Numbered from the stretch's first letter, positions 29,601-39,028 are shown. The stretch is DNA of 50,043 nucleotides from a virus (IMGVR_UViG_3300047508_000210:1-50043), one strand, 5' to 3'. The notes: generated from the letters alone by a model not told the origin. Program-made: numbers and translations.

Positions 29601-32336
29601 GACCGGGCTGTTATCGCTCAGTCCGCTAGGGACTCCGTCAACAAGATGGCGTTCGAGGGGATCAAATCCGACAAATTCGCTGAACTTGTTAAGAAGGCGC
29701 AAGACATCGCCGTTCGGGCGCTGGCTAATGGAGATCCAGCGTTAGCGGTGCAGGCCCTGCAGCGAAGAACCGAGAACGCTCATATCGTCAAGGAAATACA
29801 GGCGATCGAAAAGCAAATTCCCAAGTTCCAACGCCTGACCAAGTTCTACGCCAAGCCGTGGGATGTAACCAAGCCATCGCCGGTTGATGCGGAGTGGAGC
29901 CTGTTCACCCGGAACATGCTATCGAAGGTCGGCCTCCCATCCGGCATGTCGATCCAAGGTATGGCCCAGCGAATTGCCTCGAAGCGATTTGCCGATCTTG
30001 CCGATTTCGTCACCAAGATGGAAAACGAGAACGAGGTTGCAGGATTGCAGTTGCCTGTCCCGGATTGGTTGTTGAAGAATGACCCACAGCAAAAGCCGTT
30101 CAAAAACCTCACCGTCCAGGAATGGAAAGACCTCAACCAGTCCCTCGTGACCTTCGACAAACTCGGGCGTGATGAACAAAAGGCCGTCACCGCCGACGCC
30201 AAAGTCGACAAGGCCGAGCTTGTTGGGAAGATGAAGCGGCAGCTTGCGGATTACTTCGAGCCAATTACCAAGGACCTTGCAGGGAAGGGCGAGTGGTCAC
30301 AAGCCCTTGGTCACTTCATCGCCGCAAGCACTAGCAACGAAACCCTTATGTCGCGTTTTGACCACCGTGACACCCATGGTTTATTCACCGAAACCTTTTC
30401 CAAACCAGCGGCTAGTGCCGCCAACCACGCTGCTGTGTTGGAACGGGAAACGGGCAAAGCCCTTAGAGAGTTAGGCCCTGTCAAAGATGGTGAACGAACT
30501 CTCACCTCCCCCTTCATTGACCCGCGAAGCAAGGAGCCGATAAAGAACTTCACCCGCAATAATCTCGCCGTCGTCATCTCCAACCTTGGCAACGAGTACA
30601 ACTGGAGAACCCTAACCAAAGGTTGGCGGATTGACCCCGACCAACTCATGAAATGGGTTGAGGCGCACTCCACCATCGAAGACCTTGAACGCGCCCAATC
30701 CATGGGCAAGATTTGGAAGGGGTTGTGGGAGCAATCCTCCGCCATGTACGAGCGACTATATGGCGTGGCACCCGAGGCTGTGGAACCTCGCCCGTTCATG
30801 ATGCATGGGAAACAATGGGATGGGTGGTATCATCCAATCATCGGGGACACGGACCTATCTCGCTACGTCAACAAACTCCCCGAACTTGATAAAGCCGAAA
30901 CCAACTTCTGGCCTGCTACTAACAACGCCTATACCAAGCGGCGAACGGGAGCTATCCAAGTCCTTGACCTGTCTTACGACCAAATCGGCGTTCGGCTTTC
31001 GCAAGAAATCCACGACATCGCCTTTCGAGAGTTCGTCTCCAACACCGCGAAGTTGATGAAGGACCAAACCTTCAGGCAGGCAGTCACCGCCCACTACGGC
31101 AAAGAATACCTCGACCAGATGGACGGGTGGCTCCAGCGAACCGCCGGGAAGAATTCGTTCAACGGTGCAGCGATGCGACTTGCCCAACGTTGGTCGAATG
31201 AGCTGCGCCAGAATGTCATCTCCACCTACGTCGCCTTCAACCCCATCACCGCGGCAAAGCATGGCTCAACCGCATGGATGATGTCGTCGAGGGAGCTTGA
31301 CGCTAACCTATTCAAGTCCGTGCCGAAGTTCCTCGGCTTCACCGCTGAACTTAAAATGAACCAGTGGTTTGGTACCGCTGTTAGTGACCTGTACGGCAAG
31401 TCCCCTCAAATGGGCGATAAGCTTTGGGACTGGTCGGTTGGGGAGTCGGAAGAACTCAAGCGGCGGGAGCGCAACTACCAAGACACCATCGGTGGGGCGA
31501 TGGGATTGAACGCAGGCGAACGCCGATGGAGGGATAAGGTATCACAGGTCGGGGCGTCGGTGGTTGCTTGGTCCGACCTACAATCCGCCGTGCCGCTATG
31601 GCTTGCGACGTATCGCAAAGAATTCGCCCGTTCGGCCGAGCATGGTACCGCGGTACGTGAGGGTGATTTGGCTGTACGTCGGGCGCATGGATCAACCGCC
31701 ATCACCAACCTTCCTGCAATCGCCACAAGCCAAGACATCCTAGGCCCGTGGATGACGTCGCTATATGGCTTCATGGGTACCAACATGCAGCGGCGAATTG
31801 AGATGTTTCATGACTTGAACGATGCCTACAAACTCAGCATGTCGGGGCATATTAATGAAGCCAGCAAGAAGCTCCCCACCATCCTATCCTCCCTCGCCAC
31901 CTATGTGATCTGGACAGGGATTGTGGAGGAGGTTGCGAGCCAGCAGTTCTTCTCGGACCATCGATCGCTTGGGGAGAAAACCCTTGGCTGGTTGTTTGGC
32001 ACCGCTGCACAAACCGTAATCGGCGTGCGGGACTTAGTCTACGACGTCGCCACGGGGAAGGAAGATGCTGGTCTAATCTCCACCCCGATGCATGATATGT
32101 CCAACCTGCTCCGTGATGCGAAGAAGAATGACCCATTGGGCAAAGCCCATATCGGCAAGTTCGTGGCGGATGGCTGTGCAACCATCGGCGATCTCAAAGG
32201 CCTTTGCCCACGACACGTTGGCAAAGCTGCACAATACGGTATCGACATGTTCAACGGCTACCAAATCCCACACTCAATCGGCGATATTGAAAAGGGCCTT
32301 GTCACCGGAACTCAAAAATCAAAAATCGTACGCTAA
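26631..32336 (+). CDS. Large ejection/polyvalent protein (gp16-like) with HExxH metallopeptidase-like domain
   Basis: 1901 aa helical; RHEAIH...EEAIAEAF; last gene of the tail module. Confidence 0.85.
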   Translation: MADMLDEAVQDYITSAKSRTVAGFATTPDDAARAVQLEDATGTPAPLISPDVQSYDKTTQRDMASTMVERDPQLMAYVHSHPMAASVSQNDWGNLSILSQAAQAHAGILKTLNAPWDRGFDAALDAAKEDFNRPITQYSYEDIAKSFPAMGPGKGPLGFTANLLTATGLNIGSIIGEGTSNIASGLIHGASAFVSQFAKSVGMSDTAADSLTREVGAILEQKTIEPGAAMEAVHGDTTEHLNAMLQASQVSRSFINTLKTFGDAGKEAPKGVVPAIDALRGAANAQLLEHLDEVVKQAQSSDTKELASGLFRNFMEQHYGQSTLGISSDAAMALYGDKLPEPNDGLLGWVPGIADKLEVARQTGSDVDIPIADWVAHVDPAIAKNLHDDLRIWPGGVTAREGLELGEAEPKLMIEDTLPQVRGSYGMEPMFSMGDRKLTLRSDADRFGHELPKYGQTEEMHGIGIYDENSRMVGYITLTPQGKNLNIEEISGTAGRWANHFGPALIMDLKRQLKAMYPEAETISGYRVTGARKEAGSGPATTSVKLDAKGLDQVEATRDLLSETYARKLSENVSVDIVPSHLYEANEKAMAGIVHEELARITGKKAKVVPSAGIDYKGVGQPRGLYIPKAGLIVYDLLGEDPIGTGRHEAIHFLKDQGLFSDKEWNTLTEAAEQEGWKERYNIGDRYAKFSPEVHTEEAIAEAFREWAKAKDGERREHSPVAQIFQKIMDLLDKIRGRFKELFGREPSADELFQKVSSGEIGERASMGTGGGGPLFSMDELENLKASGLGLDSKTFANLTKLVNERYERDLAKAQEKAERDQKKRQSAEWKENREAMKQDVEASIRQRPDIAVDQFLGTGQLNGKQMPQKRYSLLESDLTAEQKKLLPSTYYSKSGFPVDEVAKQFGYPSGEAMIQHLGSYNSAKAGRSTREMFEHTVNVETDRQMEAKYGDLPSNILSEAKAQAFSDSEVHLVTEEYQAAAQMAGVTAVDRAVIAQSARDSVNKMAFEGIKSDKFAELVKKAQDIAVRALANGDPALAVQALQRRTENAHIVKEIQAIEKQIPKFQRLTKFYAKPWDVTKPSPVDAEWSLFTRNMLSKVGLPSGMSIQGMAQRIASKRFADLADFVTKMENENEVAGLQLPVPDWLLKNDPQQKPFKNLTVQEWKDLNQSLVTFDKLGRDEQKAVTADAKVDKAELVGKMKRQLADYFEPITKDLAGKGEWSQALGHFIAASTSNETLMSRFDHRDTHGLFTETFSKPAASAANHAAVLERETGKALRELGPVKDGERTLTSPFIDPRSKEPIKNFTRNNLAVVISNLGNEYNWRTLTKGWRIDPDQLMKWVEAHSTIEDLERAQSMGKIWKGLWEQSSAMYERLYGVAPEAVEPRPFMMHGKQWDGWYHPIIGDTDLSRYVNKLPELDKAETNFWPATNNAYTKRRTGAIQVLDLSYDQIGVRLSQEIHDIAFREFVSNTAKLMKDQTFRQAVTAHYGKEYLDQMDGWLQRTAGKNSFNGAAMRLAQRWSNELRQNVISTYVAFNPITAAKHGSTAWMMSSRELDANLFKSVPKFLGFTAELKMNQWFGTAVSDLYGKSPQMGDKLWDWSVGESEELKRRERNYQDTIGGAMGLNAGERRWRDKVSQVGASVVAWSDLQSAVPLWLATYRKEFARSAEHGTAVREGDLAVRRAHGSTAITNLPAIATSQDILGPWMTSLYGFMGTNMQRRIEMFHDLNDAYKLSMSGHINEASKKLPTILSSLATYVIWTGIVEEVASQQFFSDHRSLGEKTLGWLFGTAAQTVIGVRDLVYDVATGKEDAGLISTPMHDMSNLLRDAKKNDPLGKAHIGKFVADGCATIGDLKGLCPRHVGKAAQYGIDMFNGYQIPHSIGDIEKGLVTGTQKSKIVR

Positions 32337-32366
32337 CCCTGCGGATAAAGAAAGCACGAGCATGAA

Positions 32367-32756
32367 ATGGCAGAGAGTTATGGGAATGGGAACGGACACA
32401 ATGGCCGTTCCTTACAGCTAAACTGGCTAATCACAGTCGTGTTTTGTATCGCAAACTTTGCGATAGGGCTGGTGGTGAGTACGATATGGGCAGATACACA
32501 GCACAATACTACCGATCTAGCGGGGATGTCTGAGAGGGTATCGGGGATAGTGAATCGGGTGAATGGGGTTGAGGTGCATGTAAACGCGGTGGACGAGGCG
32601 AAGAACCTGAACACCGCGGAGGTGGCGAGGCTAAGGGCGGAATTGGAGGCGCTTGAGAAACGTGAGACTGCGTGGCAGCAGGACTTGTACCATGAACAAA
32701 CACGACTGGATAATTTGGAATCGCTATTGCGACCGTTGGATGGGTTGAAGAGATGA
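32367..32756 (+). CDS. Single-TM coiled-coil membrane protein
   Basis: N-terminal TM followed by heptad-rich coiled coil. Confidence 0.7.
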   Translation: MAESYGNGNGHNGRSLQLNWLITVVFCIANFAIGLVVSTIWADTQHNTTDLAGMSERVSGIVNRVNGVEVHVNAVDEAKNLNTAEVARLRAELEALEKRETAWQQDLYHEQTRLDNLESLLRPLDGLKR

Positions 32757-32764
32757 GGTGAGCC

Positions 32765-33139
32765 ATGCCTATTAAAGCCCTTATGACGTCGATATTATTA
32801 GCTCAGGCTATGCCTGCACAGGCTGAGCCGATTGAGATTAACCGTCAGGCCTTGACGGATGAAGCGGATGTATGCGAGAAGGGCCAATCGATTGTTATTG
32901 TGAGATGCAAACGCGGGACGTTTTTAGGGTGTGAGAGGGAACAGGGGAATTATGAATGTGTTGGGGGATACCCTGAACACAAGGCGGCGATTGCGCCGGT
33001 GGTAGAGAAGAAGGTAGTGCCGCAGGTGGTGGCTGTGCCTAAGCAAGTGACGGTACATCGGCCCGTCCATCGGCGTAGAGCAGCCGGAAGTCCATTTAGC
33101 AACTTCCTCCGATCGCTGTTACATGGCGGGAGAAAATGA
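32765..33139 (+). CDS. Exported protein with 4 Cys
   Basis: GAGGTG RBS; signal ending AQA|E; basic C-terminus. Confidence 0.65.
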   Translation: MPIKALMTSILLAQAMPAQAEPIEINRQALTDEADVCEKGQSIVIVRCKRGTFLGCEREQGNYECVGGYPEHKAAIAPVVEKKVVPQVVAVPKQVTVHRPVHRRRAAGSPFSNFLRSLLHGGRK

Positions 33140-33369
33140 GCGAGCCGGTGGAGATAGCGCTGATTACCAGTATCCTCCCGGTGATTGCTACGGTGATCAG
33201 CGCTTTGATTGCGTGGGCTGTTTCTCGCAATGCGGCGAAGAAGATTAATGAAATACATTTGATTGTAAATAGCCAGCGGAGTGAGATGATGCTGGAAATC
33301 CAAAGCCAAGCCGAGCAGATTAGGAAATTGAAAAATACTATTGAAGGGTTTGACCGTCCTGCTCGGTAG
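33136..33369 (+). CDS. Single-TM coiled-coil protein (holin-like)
   Basis: TM helix then EIH..VNS motif; ATGA-coupled. Confidence 0.65.
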   Translation: MSEPVEIALITSILPVIATVISALIAWAVSRNAAKKINEIHLIVNSQRSEMMLEIQSQAEQIRKLKNTIEGFDRPAR

Positions 33370-34675
33370 GTCCGGCGGAGAACATCCGATACCCGGTTTT
33401 GCTGTCGATTCCGCGGTTTTGAATTAACCCAGCCGATTCCATTACATCAAATACCTTCATCAGGGTGTGGATGGGGATGTATTCCCGGGCAAAGTTAGTA
33501 ATCTTGTGTTCCGCCACGCCCTTGCCGCGATCAGTTACCCTGATGAAGTGGACGATTTCATTCATCGCCTGTGAATCCACACTCACAGTCCCGGCTTTGA
33601 AGATGTCGGGCATGTAGGCTTCGGCTTCCGATAACCATCCAAGTGCACGTATAAAGTCAGCAGCTGTGAGGACAAGGGAATTGGAGCGGTCCACCGCCGA
33701 GACCATTGATAATTTGTATATATTAACCTTCCTCCGTGATATGTAATGGAGAAGCTTCGGGTGTTTAGGTATGGGTGGCTCGCCTTGGCTAACCCAAGTG
33801 TTAACACAACGTGCGTATTCTTCAGTGACATGAAACTCTCCGGCGAGATTGTGGATGATGTTTAGGTCGTGCGAGAGATCGCCGAGCTTAGGCGCTGGGC
33901 GTTTGGCGAAGTCGTCGATGATAATACGTTCGCCGGAATAGACCATGATGGTGCGGGACGTAAACCCCTGCCCCCACGCTACATCGGGGAGTAGCTTGAG
34001 CAAATCCTGCGGCGCACAGGCGCAGAGCATGGATACCTGTGGGCGATCGATCTTTATCTTAATGTCGTTCGTTCGCCGGTTCTGGGCGTAGGGGTCGACG
34101 TCATAGAAGGCGCTAAGCCCCTTGATCATTTCCTCATCCCATTTATGGATGAACGCCCCGAGCTCCTCCGCGCAGATATAAATTGAATTGTACTCCTGTA
34201 CCTCATCACTACCAGGTATTGCGATTGTGCGCTTTGCCAAATCCATCACGTCGACCAATGCCGGGAACGTCATGGAAGTTGGTGCGATAGCGAATTCCGG
34301 AACTGCCATACCCAAGCGCTTTGCGACTCTCAAGGTCCTCGTTTTGCCAGTGCCAGGCTCGCCAATGATCATCATATACAGGTTGGGATAGAGTGCGCTT
34401 GAGGTTTGTATCCATACCCGTTGCTCCAACACCGCGGCTATTGCAGAAATCGCCACCCATTGCCGCCAGATTTTGGGTGCGCCGAGATTTTCGGTTTCAC
34501 TTACAAATGACCCTATCCAAGATATGCACTTTCGGGCGACGACTCCGCGTGTCGTGTCCAGTATATTCTCTGAGTCCGTCGGGATTCGGGTGTGTGCCCC
34601 GACAGTCTTTCTTGCACCCGAGCCCTGATCCTGGCTTGCCACAGCAGTATTTCCCTTTGTTCCAACCGGTTTCAC
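33338..34675 (-). CDS. AAA+ helicase-like protein (DUF3987-like); start uncertain
   Basis: YPNLY...GEPGTGKT Walker A, ICAEE Walker B, GFTSR Arg finger, winged-helix-like C-terminus. Confidence 0.85.
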   Translation of the reverse strand: MKPVGTKGNTAVASQDQGSGARKTVGAHTRIPTDSENILDTTRGVVARKCISWIGSFVSETENLGAPKIWRQWVAISAIAAVLEQRVWIQTSSALYPNLYMMIIGEPGTGKTRTLRVAKRLGMAVPEFAIAPTSMTFPALVDVMDLAKRTIAIPGSDEVQEYNSIYICAEELGAFIHKWDEEMIKGLSAFYDVDPYAQNRRTNDIKIKIDRPQVSMLCACAPQDLLKLLPDVAWGQGFTSRTIMVYSGERIIIDDFAKRPAPKLGDLSHDLNIIHNLAGEFHVTEEYARCVNTWVSQGEPPIPKHPKLLHYISRRKVNIYKLSMVSAVDRSNSLVLTAADFIRALGWLSEAEAYMPDIFKAGTVSVDSQAMNEIVHFIRVTDRGKGVAEHKITNFAREYIPIHTLMKVFDVMESAGLIQNRGIDSKTGYRMFSAGPTEQDGQTLQ

Positions 34676-36035
34676 AATCGTAGGGGATGCGGAGGGTGCG
34701 ACCGTTGTTCAACTCGATCGGCACCACCAAATTCGCAGCGAGGATGGGCACAATCCTATCCTCGGTTTCTTCGGGGTACATGAAGGTGATTGCGTCGTGG
34801 TCTTGGAACATGACTATAGCTAGGTTTTGGAGCCAGATGTTGAGCATTGCGGTGTTGACGATGTCGGCGAGGGAGCCTTGGGGATCGTAGGCGATGGCTT
34901 GGCGAAAGGTTTTGGGGTCGGTGCGGCGGCCATGGAAATGGCGACGTCGGCCGGTGAGGGTGGTGAGGGTGCCGGTGGTTCGCAGTTGTTCGCGGGTCCA
35001 GTCGTGCCAGAGTAGGTGGGCGGGAAAGGCTTTGAAGTATTTGGGCTGGAAGGCTTGGACAATTTCCAAATCTAATCTTGTCTGCGCGGCTAGGGTTGGC
35101 GGCATACCGCCATAGTTACTTCCATGCCCGAGTTTTTTGCATGTGAAACGGTAAGAGTGGTGGCGATAGAAGGGTTGCTCTGCAACGTGCCGGTCAGTTT
35201 CCAAGTTGCCACTCCAGGGTAAGCTTGGCCAACATAATCTAGCAACTGCTGTGTGAGGGTCTCCAGATTCACACGCGGCAAGGTATCGGTCGTCGGCGAA
35301 GAGGTTCCATTCGATTGCGCCGACGCAGAAGGATTCGCCGGATTTGGCGTCGAATTTAGCGAACTTCTGGCCTCTATCAGCGATAAATATGCTGCGCAGA
35401 GATTCTTCCACGTTCTGGAGATTTCCTCCGGTTCCAAACTCGGATAGGCTAGAACTAAAGCGTCCTGTGCCCGTGCCAGCGATGTTATAGCTCGTTCTAA
35501 TTCGACCATCTGGATCGATTTCCGTCCTGAGAACACTGATCTTATCTCCTAGCTCTGTCATCAAGTTGATATGCCGCACGATCTGCGTGGCAGCGGGGTA
35601 GTTCTCAAGCTGTTCCCGGGCAGCCCGGTCTGTCGTCGGTCGGCCTTGCTTTAGGATTTCGGGGAGTTGGAGTTCGTCGTAGAATAGGCGCTGGAGGTCT
35701 TGGTTGGATCGCCAGTTAAAACTCGACATTCCCACGCCTTTGAGCACGATATCATCAAGGTCTCTTTCGAGTCTATCGAGAAGATCGGCAAACTCGTCGA
35801 TAACTTCATCGCGTCGTCCCATGTCAACGAGGCAACCTCGGAGCCGCATATCCAACACAGGACCTTGTAATGCCTTTGAAAACTCATACGTCGCCCTCGT
35901 TTGGTTGTCGAGTTGGGGTTCGATGGCGGACCAGATGGAGGAAGTTTGGCAAACGTCCAAGCCGTTGTATATCATCTCCCGATCCCATTCGGTGAGATCG
36001 TCTGGGTCCATGAGGTGGGTGCGGATGATTCTCAA
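34497..36035 (-). CDS. polA: Family A DNA polymerase, polymerase subunit (carries ExoIII motif)
   Basis: TGTGRFSS, NLQN, motif A FDAKSGE, motif B KKLGHGSNYG, motif C QDHDA; YNGLD near N-terminus. Confidence 0.93.
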   Translation of the reverse strand: MRIIRTHLMDPDDLTEWDREMIYNGLDVCQTSSIWSAIEPQLDNQTRATYEFSKALQGPVLDMRLRGCLVDMGRRDEVIDEFADLLDRLERDLDDIVLKGVGMSSFNWRSNQDLQRLFYDELQLPEILKQGRPTTDRAAREQLENYPAATQIVRHINLMTELGDKISVLRTEIDPDGRIRTSYNIAGTGTGRFSSSLSEFGTGGNLQNVEESLRSIFIADRGQKFAKFDAKSGESFCVGAIEWNLFADDRYLAACESGDPHTAVARLCWPSLPWSGNLETDRHVAEQPFYRHHSYRFTCKKLGHGSNYGGMPPTLAAQTRLDLEIVQAFQPKYFKAFPAHLLWHDWTREQLRTTGTLTTLTGRRRHFHGRRTDPKTFRQAIAYDPQGSLADIVNTAMLNIWLQNLAIVMFQDHDAITFMYPEETEDRIVPILAANLVVPIELNNGRTLRIPYDCETGWNKGKYCCGKPGSGLGCKKDCRGTHPNPDGLREYTGHDTRSRRPKVHILDRVICK

Positions 36036-37132
36036 TTATCACCTTTGATGGTTTTTGCCTTCTTCCCAAGATGCTTCCATGCGCCTTCGTCGGTATAGAC
36101 CGAGCCCAAGAATCCCAGATCCTTAATCATCTCCGGCTGCAGGGCGTGGTGGGCGAGCATGGTATCCTCACTCGCGCCCATGACCCGGATGCCCATGGAG
36201 CGGTAGAGGAACGCTATATCGTAGAGTCCGTTTTGGAATAGCTTCGGGATTGATTGATCTTCGAGAACTCCCACAATAAGTTTCCAAGCGTCGTATTCAA
36301 ACTCTGCAGTTGCCCAATAACTTCGGCTTTTTCCTCGCGGGTCATCAAAGGGTATAACGATCGCAACCCCGGAGTATCCCATGCCAAGGCAAGTAATTCG
36401 CTCCCCGCTCGTTTCAATGTCGACAGACAGCGGTCGAACTCCTTCCCTTCGGATAACACTGCTAATGAATGTTTCGATGTCGGAAATAGTAGGCTCAATC
36501 CATATCTCACGCTCAGGCCTCCGTATGGTTGGGGTGGTGGACTCACGCAGGGCTTTGATTAGATCGGCAATTACTATTGACCGATCTTTAGGCTGTTTGA
36601 ACAAATAAGAAGGATGATAGGTGGCAATGCACTTAAAATCAGCCGCACAGTGCGTAGATAGAAAGGTAGAGCCTCGGAATTTCTTAATGCCAGTCCGTCC
36701 AGATAAAGCCCAGAAAGGAGTATTGCCAAGACAAATGACAATATTAGGGTTGATAGTGAGAAGTTCATTGGCAAGTCGGTCCAACTCGGTGGCGTATTGT
36801 CTACTAACATACTTCGATTTGACCAAGGCAGGGTAATCGTCCAAGCCCAAGAACTTGGGTCCGCATAGGGTGGCCAAGTCATTACCGTCTGGGTGGAGGT
36901 TGAAGACATTTGTTCGGTGGAGATCACTGTGGCGCTCCCAGATTTTGGCGTTGTAGCGCGGGTTTCGGGTTTTATAGTATTGGTTCATCAGCATTTTGTC
37001 GGTGGCGTCGAACTCGATGATGCCCGCGTCACTGAGGAGGCGGAGCAAAAACCCACCTGACGGCCCGACGAAGGGGATGCCAAGGCGGAGTTCTTCCTGT
37101 CCCCAAGCTTCGCCGATTAGGAGAATGGACAT
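36032..37132 (-). CDS. Uracil-DNA glycosylase-like domain fused to 3'-5' exonuclease (ExoI/ExoII)
   Basis: GEAWG..E...G.PFVGPSG, TNVF, TYHPSY; VDIET, QNGLYD, DTML. Confidence 0.9.
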   Translation of the reverse strand: MSILLIGEAWGQEELRLGIPFVGPSGGFLLRLLSDAGIIEFDATDKMLMNQYYKTRNPRYNAKIWERHSDLHRTNVFNLHPDGNDLATLCGPKFLGLDDYPALVKSKYVSRQYATELDRLANELLTINPNIVICLGNTPFWALSGRTGIKKFRGSTFLSTHCAADFKCIATYHPSYLFKQPKDRSIVIADLIKALRESTTPTIRRPEREIWIEPTISDIETFISSVIRREGVRPLSVDIETSGERITCLGMGYSGVAIVIPFDDPRGKSRSYWATAEFEYDAWKLIVGVLEDQSIPKLFQNGLYDIAFLYRSMGIRVMGASEDTMLAHHALQPEMIKDLGFLGSVYTDEGAWKHLGKKAKTIKGDN

Positions 37133-37141
37133 TAGGCTTCC

Positions 37142-37178
37142 AAATAAAATGGGGAGAGAAGCCGAAGCCTCCCTCCCC
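37142..37178 (-). terminator. Intrinsic terminator/attenuator after SSB gene
   Basis: Minus strand GGGGAGGGAGGC-UUCG-GCUUCUCUCCCC followed by AUUUUAUUU. Confidence 0.8.
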
Positions 37179-37186
37179 GAGGTTGG

Positions 37187-37675
37187 TTAGTCCGTCAACG
37201 CAAAGGTTCGGGCAATTCGCGCAAACTTCGGCGTTTCCGGATCATCCCGATCAGCGTTATCGGGGTACTGGTATTCGACGATGATGCCGACTTCGTAGTT
37301 CATGACGAGATCGTTTCGCTGACGACGGGATGCCGCCTGTTTGAGGTCCAACCCACAATGGGAATGGAACTGTTCGAAGCGGAACGCGTTCTTGTCGGTG
37401 ATATAGATGGTGTGGTCGAGGGTTTTGTCCTCCGATCCTCCAGCCGCCTCGATCGCCTCAAGAAACTCGTCCTCCGTCATCGACTTGGGCGGTTCGATGG
37501 CGGTTATGTTGGAAATCGGCCAACGGGCGAAGGGTGTGCCTTTCTGCTTGGACTTGTCGTAGGTAACCGCCCCGACGGTGCCGCGATATGATCCCTCGGG
37601 CAATTGCTTGGGAAGTTCAACATGATCGGGCGTTGCGTCGAGGATGGAGGCGAAGTTTGTTGTGACAGCGTTCAT
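37187..37675 (-). CDS. Probable ssDNA-binding protein (DUF669-like OB fold)
   Basis: LPEG.Y...V, SKQKGTP; follows Sak4-like gene. Confidence 0.65.
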   Translation of the reverse strand: MNAVTTNFASILDATPDHVELPKQLPEGSYRGTVGAVTYDKSKQKGTPFARWPISNITAIEPPKSMTEDEFLEAIEAAGGSEDKTLDHTIYITDKNAFRFEQFHSHCGLDLKQAASRRQRNDLVMNYEVGIIVEYQYPDNADRDDPETPKFARIARTFALTD

Positions 37676-37884
37676 TAGTGTGACACTCCTGGGGTTGCGT
37701 TGAAGGAATCGAAGATGGTTCGGAGTCGGGTTTCGATTTGGGTTTTGATCGCGGTGACGATTGGCGATGGCTCCTTTACACTGTCGAAATAGGCGTGGAA
37801 TTGGATCATTTGGTCTAGGGTGATGACGCCGTCGGCTTGTCGGTTATTCTGCATCGCCGCAGGGTTGAAGTGGCGTTCTGCCAT
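37675..37884 (-). CDS. Hypothetical protein
   Basis: TAATG-coupled on both sides. Confidence 0.65.
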   Translation of the reverse strand: MAERHFNPAAMQNNRQADGVITLDQMIQFHAYFDSVKEPSPIVTAIKTQIETRLRTIFDSFNATPGVSH

Positions 37885-38726
37885 TAGGTTGCCTTCCGTT
37901 GGAGTGGGAGAACCGTGGAGCGCTTCGCAGGTGGTTCTCGGAACGCTGCGAAGAAGTCGGCAAGACCGGTGTCGCTGGGGAGGGTGGCAGGGAGTTTGCG
38001 GGCGGAGGCCAACGCAATCATATTGTCCGACTCTAGTTGGATCGTACGCTTGCCTTGCCCGTCCATCTTATACCGCACATAGTTTGGGAAATATTGCGGG
38101 ATTTTGGGGCTAAGCTTTTGCCCGACACCTTGAGGGAAGATGCGCTTGGAGCCATCGGGCATGTCCATGTAGAGCCCGTGGCAGATCACGATGACGTTGG
38201 TGTTGAAGGATCGGGCGGTGAGCATACCGAGGACCTTTTCCACGTCATCCTGGGCATTGCCGTAGACTGCCCGGCCGTCGTACCCACCTGTCTGCGCGGA
38301 CTTGGGGATGGCACTTTCATGGAAATCATACGCCGCATCGCATAGCCTGCTCAACGAGTCGATAACCAGTATAGTATCACTATCCCAACTAGCAGGAACA
38401 CCAAGGTCGATGTCATCGTATTTCCAACTGTCGAGCATTTTGATGGCGTTTATCCATGCGGCGGGTTTGCCTGCGATCACAGCGCCGGCTGATCCTGCAC
38501 GGATAGGATCGCGGAGAGTGCGATAATCGACATTAGCAAGCTTATCAGGGCAACGCTCCTTGACCAGTTGGTAGAAGTAGTCAAGTAGATTGTCGAAATC
38601 AAGGATACGTAGCTTATACCCAGCGTTAACAAGACTAACCAGAGAAGCGGTTTTTCCAACTTTGGCGTCTCCGAGCAGTAGCAGTTTGACGATGGATGTG
38701 GAGTGGTGGTCGGCCAGACTGGTCAT
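37884..38726 (-). CDS. AAA_24/Sak4-like ATPase (annealing protein)
   Basis: GDAKVGKT, ILDFD, LVIDSLS, VIVICH. Confidence 0.85.
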   Translation of the reverse strand: MTSLADHHSTSIVKLLLLGDAKVGKTASLVSLVNAGYKLRILDFDNLLDYFYQLVKERCPDKLANVDYRTLRDPIRAGSAGAVIAGKPAAWINAIKMLDSWKYDDIDLGVPASWDSDTILVIDSLSRLCDAAYDFHESAIPKSAQTGGYDGRAVYGNAQDDVEKVLGMLTARSFNTNVIVICHGLYMDMPDGSKRIFPQGVGQKLSPKIPQYFPNYVRYKMDGQGKRTIQLESDNMIALASARKLPATLPSDTGLADFFAAFREPPAKRSTVLPLQRKAT

Positions 38727-39025
38727 CGTGGGTTTGGTTCCTCACAACAAATATTGGCGCCACAGGCAGCATAGCCTGCGACATCGGTCCATGAGTCGAG
38801 ATGGTTAGACTGATTGCTGAGACGGGCAACCTTCATAAGGATCATCATATTGGCGATGTCATCAGCGCGGAGAAGGTCTGGCTTTGCGCCGAATTTGTTG
38901 GTTTGATAAGCGTTCCAGAGCCGGGCGATGTTGTTGAAATTATCTTCGGGGAGGCCATAGTTAAGCCCTCTGTCAGCGACGGCATCAGCTGTGATCTGTA
39001 GTAGACGAGACTTGGTTATCTTCAT
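38723..39025 (-). CDS. DUF6378-like protein
   Basis: DRG..YG.PEDNF..IA.LW, MILMKVAR, H.DSW.D.AGYAAC. Confidence 0.85.
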   Translation of the reverse strand: MKITKSRLLQITADAVADRGLNYGLPEDNFNNIARLWNAYQTNKFGAKPDLLRADDIANMMILMKVARLSNQSNHLDSWTDVAGYAACGANICCEEPNPR

Positions 39026-39028
39026 CGC

